Positions 26,708 to 36,580 of a stretch of 64,000 bases of DNA are shown piece by piece. The stretch is taken from contig DAINAJ010000001.1 of assembly GCA_036733505.1 (NCBI GenBank), positions 9,615 through 73,614 on the forward strand. Direction: 5' to 3'. The translations under genes were made by a program, and so were the position numbers. Origin of the DNA: Casimicrobium sp. (GTDB taxonomy: Bacteria; Pseudomonadota; Gammaproteobacteria; Burkholderiales; Casimicrobiaceae). The notes under the pieces were generated by a model. It saw only the letters and a program-made list of their open reading frames with translations, was not told where the DNA came from and did not search any database. Numbering within the stretch: the stretch's first letter is position 1; the number at the start of each line of letters is the position of its first letter.

Positions 26708-26849
26708 AACGACCTCCGCTCAACGACTGCGAGCCCGTGATGCGTCGTTAAAAAATCCCGAAAATCCCTCTTGTACGCGGGTACGTTCCGGTGTTTTCGC
26801 CATTCTTTGCTTAGCCTGACGGGCTCTCGCAACATTGTGAAAAGCGCCT

Positions 26850-27467
26850 TCATAGCGAAAGCTCCCGAGACACCGGTGCGTCAATGTCAACGGCTTGGTG
26901 AGAGGTGTAAATCACCAGCGCGCCGGCAGAGAGTTCTGCGGAAATCAGCTGCGCAAGGAGCGTTTGTGTATCCACGTCGAGCGCAACAAACGGCTCGTCA
27001 AGCAGCCACGCACGCGAACCGCGCGTAGGCGCGAGCAACATGCGGGCGAGCGAGCAGCGCTTTTTCTGGCCTTGCGAGAGCGCGCCAAAGCTTCGATTGC
27101 GCAGCGCTTTGACGCCAAACGCGTCGAGCGCAGAGACGATTTGGTCCGGGTTCGGCACGAGGCCCGCGAGCGCGCCCGCGTAAGACAAATTCTCAGTAAC
27201 GCTTAGCGACTCGTTAAACGCATTGGCGTGGCCCACAAAGCAGGCCGCCTCACCCGTCGTCAAGATCGCTCCGCCGTCACTTTGCCAGCGCACACCGCCC
27301 GAAACCGGTGCGCCCAGTCCCGACAAGATGCGCAGCAGCGTCGTCTTACCCGCTCCGTTAGCTCCGGTGACGCGAAGCAAAGTGCCGGTGTCCACACTGA
27401 ACGAGAGGTCGCTAAATACCGCGCGACCGCCGCGCTCCGCCGCGAGTTGAATGACCTCAAGCTTCAC
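26850..27467 (-). CDS. ccmA: Heme ABC exporter ATP-binding protein CcmA
   Basis: GANGAGKTT, LSQGQKKR, WLLDEPF, TSHQ. Confidence 0.92.
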   Translation of the reverse strand: MKLEVIQLAAERGGRAVFSDLSFSVDTGTLLRVTGANGAGKTTLLRILSGLGAPVSGGVRWQSDGGAILTTGEAACFVGHANAFNESLSVTENLSYAGALAGLVPNPDQIVSALDAFGVKALRNRSFGALSQGQKKRCSLARMLLAPTRGSRAWLLDEPFVALDVDTQTLLAQLISAELSAGALVIYTSHQAVDIDAPVSRELSL

Positions 27468-28657
27468 GAGACAGCTCGCACCTTAAATGCAGTGAACGCG
27501 GAGGCAATGCCAAGAATCCCCGCGAGATAACCGACGGCTTCATAGCCCACTATTTTGCCGTCAACTGATTGCGTCAACATTAACCCGCCAATCACCGCTG
27601 CGATGCCGGTGCCAAAACTCTGCACGGCCGAGTTGAACGACATTAAGCGCCCACGCATCTGCGGGCGCGCGGCGGACGTAATAAGTGCTGTAACGGGCAC
27701 AAATCGTCCACTGACAAAGATGAAGAAAAGCGCGCCTACAAACAACTGCCAAAACATGCTGACACCGAGGGTGTGAGAGATCAAGATCATCGGCACGATT
27801 GAGGCGAGCACCAACCAGTAGTAGAGCTTCGCTCGCGAAAAGCGATCGGACATGCTCCCGAACAACGGGCGGGTGAAGAGCGTCACCGCGCCACCCACGA
27901 GATAGAAGTACGACAGCTGCGTCTCGGTCATTCCCTCGTTTGCCACGCGCGATGCGGCCACGTACGGAATCACCACCATTCCCGAGAGCGTAATCAACGC
28001 CGAAGTAAGAAACGCCCACCAGTGATTGGGTTCGCGAAACAACTCAGCGTAGCTCTGCACAAAGCCCACCGGTTTGCCCGCGCGAATATGGCCGCGCATA
28101 GAAGGTATTAATCGCCACGCTACGGCAAGTAGTGCTGCGCATACGATCGCCAGCGCAAAGAACGGCATGTGCCACCCGTTGTGACCCGCGACATAGATCG
28201 ACAACGGAACCCCAACGACCGACGCCAGCGAAAACGACAACATGTACAAGCCCATCGCGCGCCCTCGACGCTCGTCGGGCACCAAGTCGCCGATGATTGA
28301 CATGGCTACCGCGCCCTGGACGCCGCCGAACACTCCGGCGACAGTTCTCGCGATTAGTAGCGCTGCGAAGTTGGGCGCAACCGCACAACCGAGCGTACCG
28401 ACAATGAGTCCCGCATAAACCAGCAGGAGCGCGTGCTTGCGATCAAACCGATCGGCAATGGACCCCATCAACAGCGATGAAAATCCAGCCGCAAAAGCGT
28501 ACGCCGAAACGAGCAAGCCGAATTGCGAAGTAGAGATGCCAAACGCCTTGATCAGATGCGGAGCGAGCGGCATCATAATCATGAAATCGAGCACATTGGT
28601 GAAACCCATCATCATGAGGACGATGAGAATCTGTCGTTCGCGCTTGGGGTCTTGCAT
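27464..28657 (-). CDS. MFS transporter (DHA1-like)
   Basis: About 12 TM helices; ADRFDRK; DFMIMMPL; stop overlaps the ccmA start. Confidence 0.88.
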   Translation of the reverse strand: MQDPKRERQILIVLMMMGFTNVLDFMIMMPLAPHLIKAFGISTSQFGLLVSAYAFAAGFSSLLMGSIADRFDRKHALLLVYAGLIVGTLGCAVAPNFAALLIARTVAGVFGGVQGAVAMSIIGDLVPDERRGRAMGLYMLSFSLASVVGVPLSIYVAGHNGWHMPFFALAIVCAALLAVAWRLIPSMRGHIRAGKPVGFVQSYAELFREPNHWWAFLTSALITLSGMVVIPYVAASRVANEGMTETQLSYFYLVGGAVTLFTRPLFGSMSDRFSRAKLYYWLVLASIVPMILISHTLGVSMFWQLFVGALFFIFVSGRFVPVTALITSAARPQMRGRLMSFNSAVQSFGTGIAAVIGGLMLTQSVDGKIVGYEAVGYLAGILGIASAFTAFKVRAVS

Positions 28658-28670
28658 TCAGGCGGGCAAT

Positions 28671-28714
28671 AAAAAAGGGGCGGGTCAAGCCACAAAGGCT
28701 GTCACGCACCCCTT
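28671..28714 (-). terminator. Possible intrinsic terminator after the M16 peptidase gene
   Basis: Imperfect GGGG...CCCC stem followed by T6 on the minus strand. Confidence 0.4.
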
Positions 28715-28751
28715 CGGCAAACCCCGATTTTACGGGGTTGTAACGTAGGCG

Positions 28752-31511
28752 CTACTTCACCTTGCTGAAGTCGCCCGCCACGAAGGATGACATCTCGGCA
28801 AGCTTTATGTACTTTTTGAGCACCGCGTCGAAGTCTGCTTTGGTGAGCTTACTGAGGCGTGCTTCAAGTGTTTCTACATACTCAAAACTGCGATTTGCGT
28901 CGGTCAGAGCGACGATCTGCGCGGCAAGCGTCGCGTCTTGTGCGCGGCGCACCGCGCGTTGATCGAGAAGCGATTGCTGTTGCTCGGTGAATTCTTTCTC
29001 GGTCAATTCGCCGTTCAACAGTTTCTGCAATTCGTCTTTCAGTGACGCCTCCGCTTTGGCCGCGTTTTGCGGATTGGCAATAAAGCCGAAGGTCCATGAG
29101 CCGTTGGTACCGAAGGTAGGAATCGCTAGGTTGCTGAACACGTCGTAGCTCAGCCCCTCTTTCTCCCGAACTCGCATGAACAGCCTCGCACCACCGGAAC
29201 CACCGACGATGAAATCAGCGAGCAGAAGCGCGGGGTAATCGGCGGCGCTGTCTTGCAACGGAAAGGTCACGCGCGCCACAAAGGTCGCGTTTTCTTTGTC
29301 TGGCGTGGGCAGCTTTTCATTCTTCACCGCTACCGTTTTGTGCTCACGGTTTATGCGCGCGAATAGCGTCGCGAGCTTGCTTTGCCCGAAAGAAGTGGCG
29401 AGCACTGGCTTCACGCTCGCAGCGTCGAAGTCGCCGACGATAGCGAGCGTACCTGCCGACAATCCGCGCATTTGGCGCGCGTAGTTGACAACTTGCTCGC
29501 GCGTGACCGCGCGCAAATCTGCGACGCGCTCGGCAACGGTGGCGATGTAGCGTGGGTCGCCTTTCGGGTACGGCGAGCTGTGCCGCTCAAGCGCATTGAA
29601 CGCAACGCGCTCAGGGTCCTTGGCTGACTCTTCAATGGCGGTGATCATCTCCTTGCGCACCAGCTCAAGCTCTTCGGACGGAAACGTGGCGGTTCGATAG
29701 ACCTGCGCGATGAGGCTGATCGCGTCATTGAGATACGCCTTCTTCGTTTGCATCGCACCGCCGCTCAAACCAATGCCGCCCGAGGTTCGCAACGCGTCGA
29801 GTTTGTCATAGATTTGTTGTCGCGTGAGCCCTTCTGCTCCTCGCATGAGCGTTGCGTTGGCGAGTGTATCGACCGCGGACTTTCCAGCCCGAGACTTTTC
29901 ATCGCCGTAGCCAATCCGCAGCGCGAGCTGCACCGTTGCGCCGCGTGTTTTTTTAGGCAGCAACACCACTTTCAGTCCGTTGGCCAATGCATAGCGCTCG
30001 CTGCGCTTGACGATGTTCGCGGGCGCGGTGTCGAAGACTTCACCTTCGCTCAGGCTGGCGTCGCCTTTGTAGTCCGCGAGCAGCACGGACAGATCAGGGC
30101 GTGCGGGCATGTCTGCGCGGTCGGGCTTGTCGGTCGGAATGAAGCGGCCCAGCGTACGGTTTTGCGGTTTGAAATAGGCCCTGGCGACGCGCTCCACGTC
30201 GGCGAGCGTGACTTTGCTCAAGCGGTCGCGCTGAAAAAAGAAGAAGCGCCAATCGCCCATCGCGATTGCCTCGGAGAGCGACACCGAGAAGCGCCCGCTG
30301 TCGGCCACGGTTTGTTCGTAGCTTTTGGAGATTTGCAATTTGATTCGCGTGAGTTCTGCTTCGGTAAACGGCTTGCTGCCAGCAGATTCAATCGTGGAGA
30401 GCATTACGTCGCGCGCTTTGTCGATGGACTGCGTTTTGTTGAGCGTCGCCCAGAAGCCCATGAGCGATGCGTCGAACATCGCGTCGCTTTCGCTGTCGAC
30501 GTTTACTGCAAGCTTGTTTTTCACCATCGCTTGGTACAAACGACCCGACGGCTCGGATGTCATCAAGCCCATGAACACTTGCAGAGCCGCAGAATCGGGG
30601 TGTGCCGCAGCAGGGACGCGATACGCAGGGAATAAGAATTGGCTGTCACCGACGCGGCGCACGGTGACTTCGCGCTCGCCGTCTTGCGTGGGCTCTACAG
30701 TCCAGAGCGTTGGCAATTTGCGCGTGGGTCGCGCGATCTTGCCGAAGTTTTCCGCGATCATTGCGAGCGTTTTCGCGCGATCAATTTTCCCCGACACCAG
30801 CAACACCGCGTTGTCCGGTTGGTAGTACATGCGGTAGAACGCCCGCAGATTCTCGATGCCGACGTTTTCAATATCGCTGCGATTGCCTATGGTGGAATTA
30901 CCGTAGTTGTGCCACGGAAAAGCCGCTGCGAAAACCTTTGCGTAGAGCGTGCCTTGTGGGCGGTTCTCGCCCATTTCGAATTCGTTGCGAACGACAGTCA
31001 TCTCAGTGTCGAGCTCTTCGCGCAGGATGTTGGAATTGACCATGCGGTCCGCTTCCATTTCGAGTGCCCATTGCAAGTTAGCTTCGTTCGAGGTGAAGCT
31101 CTCGTAGTAGTTGGTGCGGTCGAGCCACGTCGTGCCGTTGTTGATGAAGCCGCGATTGGACATGTCCTGCCACAGGCGCGGGTATTTCGGCGTGGACTTG
31201 AACAGCATGTGTTCGAGCAAATGCGCCATGCCAGTTTCGCCGTAGCCTTCGTGTCGCGAGCCCACGAGATAGGTGATGTTCACCGTCATCTTCGGGCTCG
31301 ACGCATCGGGGAACAGCAGTACGCGCAACCCGTTTGACTTCAGCGTGTATTCGCTGATGCCTTCGACCGATGGACCGACGGTGAAGGCGTCGCTCGCGGC
31401 TGCGGTGGCGGGCGCCTGCGCGCGCGCGGCGGCACCGGCAAAGAACAACGCGGCGGCGAAGATGACTCCGACGAACCGAACGGTGAATGGGGACAATCGA
31501 GATTGAGGCAT
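28752..31511 (-). CDS. M16 family zinc peptidase (pitrilysin/PqqL-like), exported
   Basis: Inverted zinc motif HLLEH; NGTTWLDRTNYYE; RVREKEGLSY; signal peptide. Confidence 0.92.
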   Translation of the reverse strand: MPQSRLSPFTVRFVGVIFAAALFFAGAAARAQAPATAAASDAFTVGPSVEGISEYTLKSNGLRVLLFPDASSPKMTVNITYLVGSRHEGYGETGMAHLLEHMLFKSTPKYPRLWQDMSNRGFINNGTTWLDRTNYYESFTSNEANLQWALEMEADRMVNSNILREELDTEMTVVRNEFEMGENRPQGTLYAKVFAAAFPWHNYGNSTIGNRSDIENVGIENLRAFYRMYYQPDNAVLLVSGKIDRAKTLAMIAENFGKIARPTRKLPTLWTVEPTQDGEREVTVRRVGDSQFLFPAYRVPAAAHPDSAALQVFMGLMTSEPSGRLYQAMVKNKLAVNVDSESDAMFDASLMGFWATLNKTQSIDKARDVMLSTIESAGSKPFTEAELTRIKLQISKSYEQTVADSGRFSVSLSEAIAMGDWRFFFFQRDRLSKVTLADVERVARAYFKPQNRTLGRFIPTDKPDRADMPARPDLSVLLADYKGDASLSEGEVFDTAPANIVKRSERYALANGLKVVLLPKKTRGATVQLALRIGYGDEKSRAGKSAVDTLANATLMRGAEGLTRQQIYDKLDALRTSGGIGLSGGAMQTKKAYLNDAISLIAQVYRTATFPSEELELVRKEMITAIEESAKDPERVAFNALERHSSPYPKGDPRYIATVAERVADLRAVTREQVVNYARQMRGLSAGTLAIVGDFDAASVKPVLATSFGQSKLATLFARINREHKTVAVKNEKLPTPDKENATFVARVTFPLQDSAADYPALLLADFIVGGSGGARLFMRVREKEGLSYDVFSNLAIPTFGTNGSWTFGFIANPQNAAKAEASLKDELQKLLNGELTEKEFTEQQQSLLDQRAVRRAQDATLAAQIVALTDANRSFEYVETLEARLSKLTKADFDAVLKKYIKLAEMSSFVAGDFSKVK

Positions 31512-31653
31512 TGTGTGAAGATTCAATTTAGGTTGTGCACGTGAGCGTGTCAGCGCGGCTGGCGCAGAATCAGGAAACGTTCGGCCTAGGCTTGCCTGCG
31601 CGCCGTGGGATTTTGACGCGAAAGCGCGCTCGTGGGCTTAAGCGCGAAGTTAA

Positions 31654-31771
31654 CAGCTTTTTGGTTGAAACGACATCCAGTGTTGGGTTACAGCCATTGT
31701 TCTGTATATGTCGACTACTGAGAAAAATTAGCTTTAACCGCCACCCGGCGGTCGGCGGAGCTAAAAAGCTG
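31654..31771. repeat. 118-bp dispersed palindromic intergenic element, copy B
   Basis: CAGCTTTTT...AAAAAGCTG ends; GTCGAC at 31710-31715 exactly central (56+6+56). Confidence 0.88.
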
Positions 31772-31810
31772 CTTCCCGTGTAATTCTGAACTTATGGGAA
31801 CGCACGGCAT

Positions 31811-33580
31811 TTACGCCGCTACTGTCTCCGCTTGCAACGTCCACAGCCTAGCGTAGAGCCCCTGCGCGGCGAGGAGTTCCGCGTGCGCGCCGCTTTCGAC
31901 GATGCGGCCGGAATCCATGACCAAAATGCAGTCGGCGTCGACGATGGTGGACAAGCGGTGGGCAATGATGAGCGTGGTGCGGTTCGCACTCACTGCGCGA
32001 ATTTCGGCTTGAATGGCTTTTTCGCTTTCGGAGTCGAGCGCGGATGTGGCTTCGTCAAAAATCAAAATCGCGGGATTCTTCAGCATCGCGCGAGCGATGG
32101 CGACGCGTTGTTTTTCGCCACCAGAGAGCTTCAGGCCGCGCTCGCCCACGGTCGTTTCTAAGCCTTGCGGCAACTTGGCGATAAAAGCTTCCAGGTGCGC
32201 TGCGCGGATCGCAGCGAGCACGGCTTCGTCAGACGCTTCAGGGTTGCCGTAGCGCAGGTTGTAGCCCAACGTATCGTTGAACAGCACCGTGTCTTGCGGG
32301 ACGATGCCGATGGCCGAGCGCAGACTTGCTTGCGTGTATGCGCGCACGTCGAGGCCATCAACACGAATCGCACCATCGGTGACATCGTAGAAGCGAAACA
32401 AAAGTCGCGCGAGCGTGCTTTTGCCGCCACCACTGGGGCCGACGACGGCGTAGGTTTTCCCTGCGGGCACATGAAAATTCACGCCCTTGAGAATTTGCCG
32501 ATCCGGCTCGTACGAAAACGCGACGTTGTCGAACACCACTTCGCCACGCGCGGGACGCGCTGCGCCCAGCAAGGTCGCGTCGGGGCGATCTGCCACTTCC
32601 TGGTGCTCGTTCATCAGGTTGAACATGCGCGCCATATCCGCGACCGATTGCCGAATCTCACGATAAATCACGCCAAGGTGGTTGAGCGGCGCGTAGAGCT
32701 GTATCAAAAACGCGTTGACCAGCACCAAGTCGCCCACCGTCATGCGGCCGGTCATCACGCCGTCGATTGCGCGCCACATGACAAGACTCGCGCCCGCCGC
32801 GATGAACAAACTCTGCCCAAGATTGAGGAGCGACAACGATGTTTGCGAACGCACGGCAGCGCGCTCCCAGCGCTGCAAGCTTTGGTCATAACGATCCGCC
32901 TCGAAGCGCTCGTTGCCGAAATATTTCACTGTTTCGTAATTAAGCAAACTGTCGACTGCGCGCGAATTTGCCTTCGAGTCGAGTTCGTTCATTTCCTTGC
33001 GAAACGCGGTGCGCCATTCGGTCACCGTGATGGTGTAGGCGATGTAGGCGATGAGTGTGACCAGCGTTATCGTGACAAACGTCCAGTCGTAATTCCACGC
33101 CAATACGCCCGCCACGAGCCCCAACTCGACGAGCGTTGGCAGGATGGAAAACAGCAAGTAACTCATGAGCGACGAGATGCCGCGTGTGCCGCGCTCAATG
33201 TCGCGCGTCAGCCCGCCGGTTTGCCGCGCGAGGTGGAATCGAAGCGACAAACGATGCATGTGCTCGAAAGTTTGCAGCGCGATGCGGCGTACGGAGCGTT
33301 GTGTGACTTTGGCAAAGAAAAACTCCCGTAGCTCGGTAAATACCGTAACCGACAAGCGCGCAAAACCATACGCCACAAGCAACGCAAACGGCACCGCAAG
33401 CATCGCTTTCTCGACGCTCATGCGATCGACAATCCACTTGAGCACCATCGGCACGCCGACGTTCGCGACCTTCGCCAAGATGAGACAACTGAGCGCTACG
33501 GTGATGCGAGCTTTGTGCTGCGACAAGTACGGCAGAAGCATCCGTACCGGTTGCATGAATGCGTTGCTGACGACCGTCAC
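31811..33580 (-). CDS. ABCB-family exporter, ATM1/HMT1 type
   Basis: SLRFHLARQTGG, SLLNYETVKYF, GPSGGGKST, LSGGEKQR, DEATSALD. Confidence 0.93.
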   Translation of the reverse strand: MTVVSNAFMQPVRMLLPYLSQHKARITVALSCLILAKVANVGVPMVLKWIVDRMSVEKAMLAVPFALLVAYGFARLSVTVFTELREFFFAKVTQRSVRRIALQTFEHMHRLSLRFHLARQTGGLTRDIERGTRGISSLMSYLLFSILPTLVELGLVAGVLAWNYDWTFVTITLVTLIAYIAYTITVTEWRTAFRKEMNELDSKANSRAVDSLLNYETVKYFGNERFEADRYDQSLQRWERAAVRSQTSLSLLNLGQSLFIAAGASLVMWRAIDGVMTGRMTVGDLVLVNAFLIQLYAPLNHLGVIYREIRQSVADMARMFNLMNEHQEVADRPDATLLGAARPARGEVVFDNVAFSYEPDRQILKGVNFHVPAGKTYAVVGPSGGGKSTLARLLFRFYDVTDGAIRVDGLDVRAYTQASLRSAIGIVPQDTVLFNDTLGYNLRYGNPEASDEAVLAAIRAAHLEAFIAKLPQGLETTVGERGLKLSGGEKQRVAIARAMLKNPAILIFDEATSALDSESEKAIQAEIRAVSANRTTLIIAHRLSTIVDADCILVMDSGRIVESGAHAELLAAQGLYARLWTLQAETVAA

Positions 33581-34497
33581 GTGCGATTGAGCTTCCCAGC
33601 GGCGGCCATTTCGCGTAGCGTCTCAAGGAACTCGCGCATCCGGGTGGGCTTTGTGAGATACGCATCACAGCCAGCGAACTTGGCGCGCAGGCGGTCGACC
33701 GCGCCTGACCGAGAAGTGAGCATCATCAGCACCGAAGGCGCTTTTGTGCCTAGCGCGCGAAGTTTTCGCAACACCTCAGGGCCGCGCATGCCGGGCATTT
33801 CAAAATCAACGAGCGCGACATCGAAGCGATGCGCCGCCGCTAAACGCAGGCCCTCCTCGCCCCCGTCGGCAGTAGACACGCTAAAGCCCACCTTGATGAG
33901 CGCTGACGACACCGCCTCGCGCGAAAAGTGCGAATCATCGATCACCAACACGGTCAACGCTCGTTGCCAGGGCAAGCCTGCGGTCACGGCGATGGATGCC
34001 GCAGTGCCAGGCTCGGCCATCGTTGCCAGTGCGGCTGGGCCTGGAACCACTGGTGCTGCGGCGTCGAGGCCAATATCCACCGTTCGGGCTGGACGGGATT
34101 GGCCGTCATCGTTTTCCGTCGGCACCGGAGCAGGCGGTGGCGTCCAGCCCTCGCGAATTCGGTTGATCGCTTGCGCCAAGGAAAAAAGCAGTTGGCTGTC
34201 TTGCGTCACCTGATAGAACTGCGCCGTGCGCTCAAAGCGCGACACGATCCCAATGGACGGTCGCGAAGCTCCTCGCGCACGCAAAAAATCAATCGATTCC
34301 GGCGTACTGGCAGCGTTGCAGATCAACAAGTCGCAGTCTTCTTGGTTTTCGACCACGCTCAGACTTACGCCGGCACCCGGTGGGCGGCGCAAAAACAAAC
34401 GTAAAAGCTCTCGGTCCCGTGTACTAAATCCGACCAATTGAACCGTACGCAAAGTGCGTACGACCCCACCGCCGTTTGAGTCCGTGCTTTCGTTCAT
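33577..34497 (-). CDS. Response regulator: degenerate N-terminal receiver-like domain, Pro/Ala linker, C-terminal PilG/PilH-like receiver
   Basis: VLVIDDS, LVDFEMPG, LTSRSGAVDRLRAKFAGCDAYLTKP. Confidence 0.8.
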   Translation of the reverse strand: MNESTDSNGGGVVRTLRTVQLVGFSTRDRELLRLFLRRPPGAGVSLSVVENQEDCDLLICNAASTPESIDFLRARGASRPSIGIVSRFERTAQFYQVTQDSQLLFSLAQAINRIREGWTPPPAPVPTENDDGQSRPARTVDIGLDAAAPVVPGPAALATMAEPGTAASIAVTAGLPWQRALTVLVIDDSHFSREAVSSALIKVGFSVSTADGGEEGLRLAAAHRFDVALVDFEMPGMRGPEVLRKLRALGTKAPSVLMMLTSRSGAVDRLRAKFAGCDAYLTKPTRMREFLETLREMAAAGKLNRT

Positions 34498-34584
34498 CCG
34501 CTGATTATAGGAATGCGACGCCCCAGAGTGTGCAATCGTCGCGCCGCCTAGGACGGCCTGCATTCATCGGAAATTGCGCTTTAC

Positions 34585-35739
34585 TTAATTTCGGCCGTAT
34601 CCGAGCACACTCATCAGCGAGCGAGCCACCCCGTAGAGCACCCATGTGAGCACTCGATCGACCAACGGACGGGTACCCCAGCGCTGCTGGTGCACTGGTT
34701 CCGAATCGACCAAAATGGCTCGCTCAAGGCTCGTTTGCAGCGCCTGTGCAAAGCCCCGATCACGCACGAAAACATTTGCCTCACGTGCCAACTGCAAGCT
34801 AAACGGGTCGATATTGGACGAGCCTACCGTCGCCCACTCGCCATCGACCACAGCGACTTTGGCGTGCAGGAAGCTGCGCTTGTACTCGTAAATCTCGACG
34901 CCAGCGTCCAAGAGCGTGCCATACAGCGCCCGCGTCGCATAGTGCTGCAACATATATTCTTGGCGCCCTTGCAGTAGCAAGCGCACGCTCACGCCACGCC
35001 TCCGAGCGCGCAGCAAAGCGCGGCGAAACCGCCGACCGGGGAAGAAATACGCGTTGGCGATCAGAATGTCTTGTTTCGCCGCCAGAATCGCAGCAAGATA
35101 TTCGCGCTCGATGTCGCGCCGACGCGAAACATTGTCTCGGAACGCGAACCAAGCGTGATGATCACCCGCCGCCTGCGTATTGGCGGGAAACGCGGTCATT
35201 ACCGCCCGCAGTCGCTCAATTCCGTGTTGATGAAGCCGCGCCCACAGCTCACACATCGCCGCGTGAATAGGCTCCAACAAAGGGCCTTCCACGCGCACCG
35301 CGTAGTCAAAGCGCGGATGCCTTGGGTCCGGCATGTTTAGGTCATCAATGAGATTTATGCCGCCGACGAAGGCAACCCGACCATCGATCATGGCGAGCTT
35401 TCGGTGCAACCGACGCAACCTGCTGCGCCGAAACGTATTCCACCAAGTTTCTGGGCGAAAGACCGCGACCTCGACGCCATCCCGGCGCATCCTTTCGCCG
35501 AGGTCTCCCAGAAAACCGGCAGATCCAAATCCGTCATGCACCACACGCACGGCCACGCCACGAAGCACAGCGCGCTTCATCGCCGCAGCAATACGTCGAC
35601 CTGTTTCGTCGTCAGCCAGTATGTATGTTTCAAGACGCACTTCGCTCAACGCAGCGTCAATGGCTGCCTCTAGCGCCGGGAAAAACTCGGCACCGCACTG
35701 CAGCAGTGTGACTCGATTTCCCGGCGGGTATACGTTCAT
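34585..35739 (-). CDS. clsB: Cardiolipin synthase ClsB
   Basis: Two HKD motifs (RLHRKLAMIDG, LHAKVAVVDG); downstream of a ybhP-like gene. Confidence 0.92.
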   Translation of the reverse strand: MNVYPPGNRVTLLQCGAEFFPALEAAIDAALSEVRLETYILADDETGRRIAAAMKRAVLRGVAVRVVHDGFGSAGFLGDLGERMRRDGVEVAVFRPETWWNTFRRSRLRRLHRKLAMIDGRVAFVGGINLIDDLNMPDPRHPRFDYAVRVEGPLLEPIHAAMCELWARLHQHGIERLRAVMTAFPANTQAAGDHHAWFAFRDNVSRRRDIEREYLAAILAAKQDILIANAYFFPGRRFRRALLRARRRGVSVRLLLQGRQEYMLQHYATRALYGTLLDAGVEIYEYKRSFLHAKVAVVDGEWATVGSSNIDPFSLQLAREANVFVRDRGFAQALQTSLERAILVDSEPVHQQRWGTRPLVDRVLTWVLYGVARSLMSVLGYGRN

Positions 35740-36509
35740 CGCAGCACAAGCTCCGCCGCGAGTGGGGCATGATCCGACAAGCGAGCCCATTCGCGGCCAC
35801 GGTGCACGTCCACGCTTTCCACGGTGAATCCGCGAACATAGATTCGATCAAGTCGCAGAATGGGCAAGCGTGCCGGAAAGCTTCGCGCTGGGCGTCCCCC
35901 CATCGTCTCAAATACTTCGCGCGCACCGAGTGCCGCCAGCGGATCCCCAGCACGCCGCCGCCAGTCGTTGAAATCCCCAGCGATCACCAGCGGCGCGTCT
36001 GCGGGCACCAAGGATTGAATGCGTGTGCGCACCGCCTCTACTTGCTTCGCACGCGATCTTCCGAGCAGGCCGAGATGCACGCACACGCAGTGCAAAGTTT
36101 GCTTCCAGCCCGGCACGTCTATCTCGGCATGCAATAGGCCGCGCTGCTCAACGCGGTTGGTCGAAATGTCTTCGTGATCAAAGCGAATCATTGGGTAGCG
36201 AGACAGGATTGCGTTGCCGTGATGCCCATGTTCATACACCGCGTTTTTCGCGTAGGCTGACACGGGCCACTGCTGCTGGGCTAGATACTCGTGCTGTGGC
36301 GCATCGGGCCATTCCCCATAATTTTCCACGTGCTGAGAATTGTGTCCAACTACTTCTTGCAGAAAAACGACATCCGCACCTATAAGCCGCAACCGCTCGC
36401 GCATATCGTGCACCACAATGCGACGATTGAAATGAGAAAACCCTTTATGGATGTTGTAAGTAGCAACCTTCAGCCTAAGTGACTGACCGCTCGATTTCGT
36501 GGAAGGCAT
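35736..36509 (-). CDS. Endonuclease/exonuclease/phosphatase family protein (YbhP-like)
   Basis: ATYNIHKG, LQEV, GNAILSRYP, AGDFNDW, LSDHAPL. Confidence 0.9.
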   Translation of the reverse strand: MPSTKSSGQSLRLKVATYNIHKGFSHFNRRIVVHDMRERLRLIGADVVFLQEVVGHNSQHVENYGEWPDAPQHEYLAQQQWPVSAYAKNAVYEHGHHGNAILSRYPMIRFDHEDISTNRVEQRGLLHAEIDVPGWKQTLHCVCVHLGLLGRSRAKQVEAVRTRIQSLVPADAPLVIAGDFNDWRRRAGDPLAALGAREVFETMGGRPARSFPARLPILRLDRIYVRGFTVESVDVHRGREWARLSDHAPLAAELVLR

Positions 36510-36580
36510 ATACGTAAGCCTAACGTAGTCGCGAGCTGCCAAGACGTCGCCCCTTTCGCGCGCTGCTATGCTCGGGCTCG

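Noticed and set aside
29748..33331. Long + strand ORFs (295, 232 and 388 aa) and similar ones such as 21532..22347, 44079..45029 and 60947..61840
   Set aside because: Antisense shadows of well-supported genes, typical of GC-rich codon usage; no recognisable motifs
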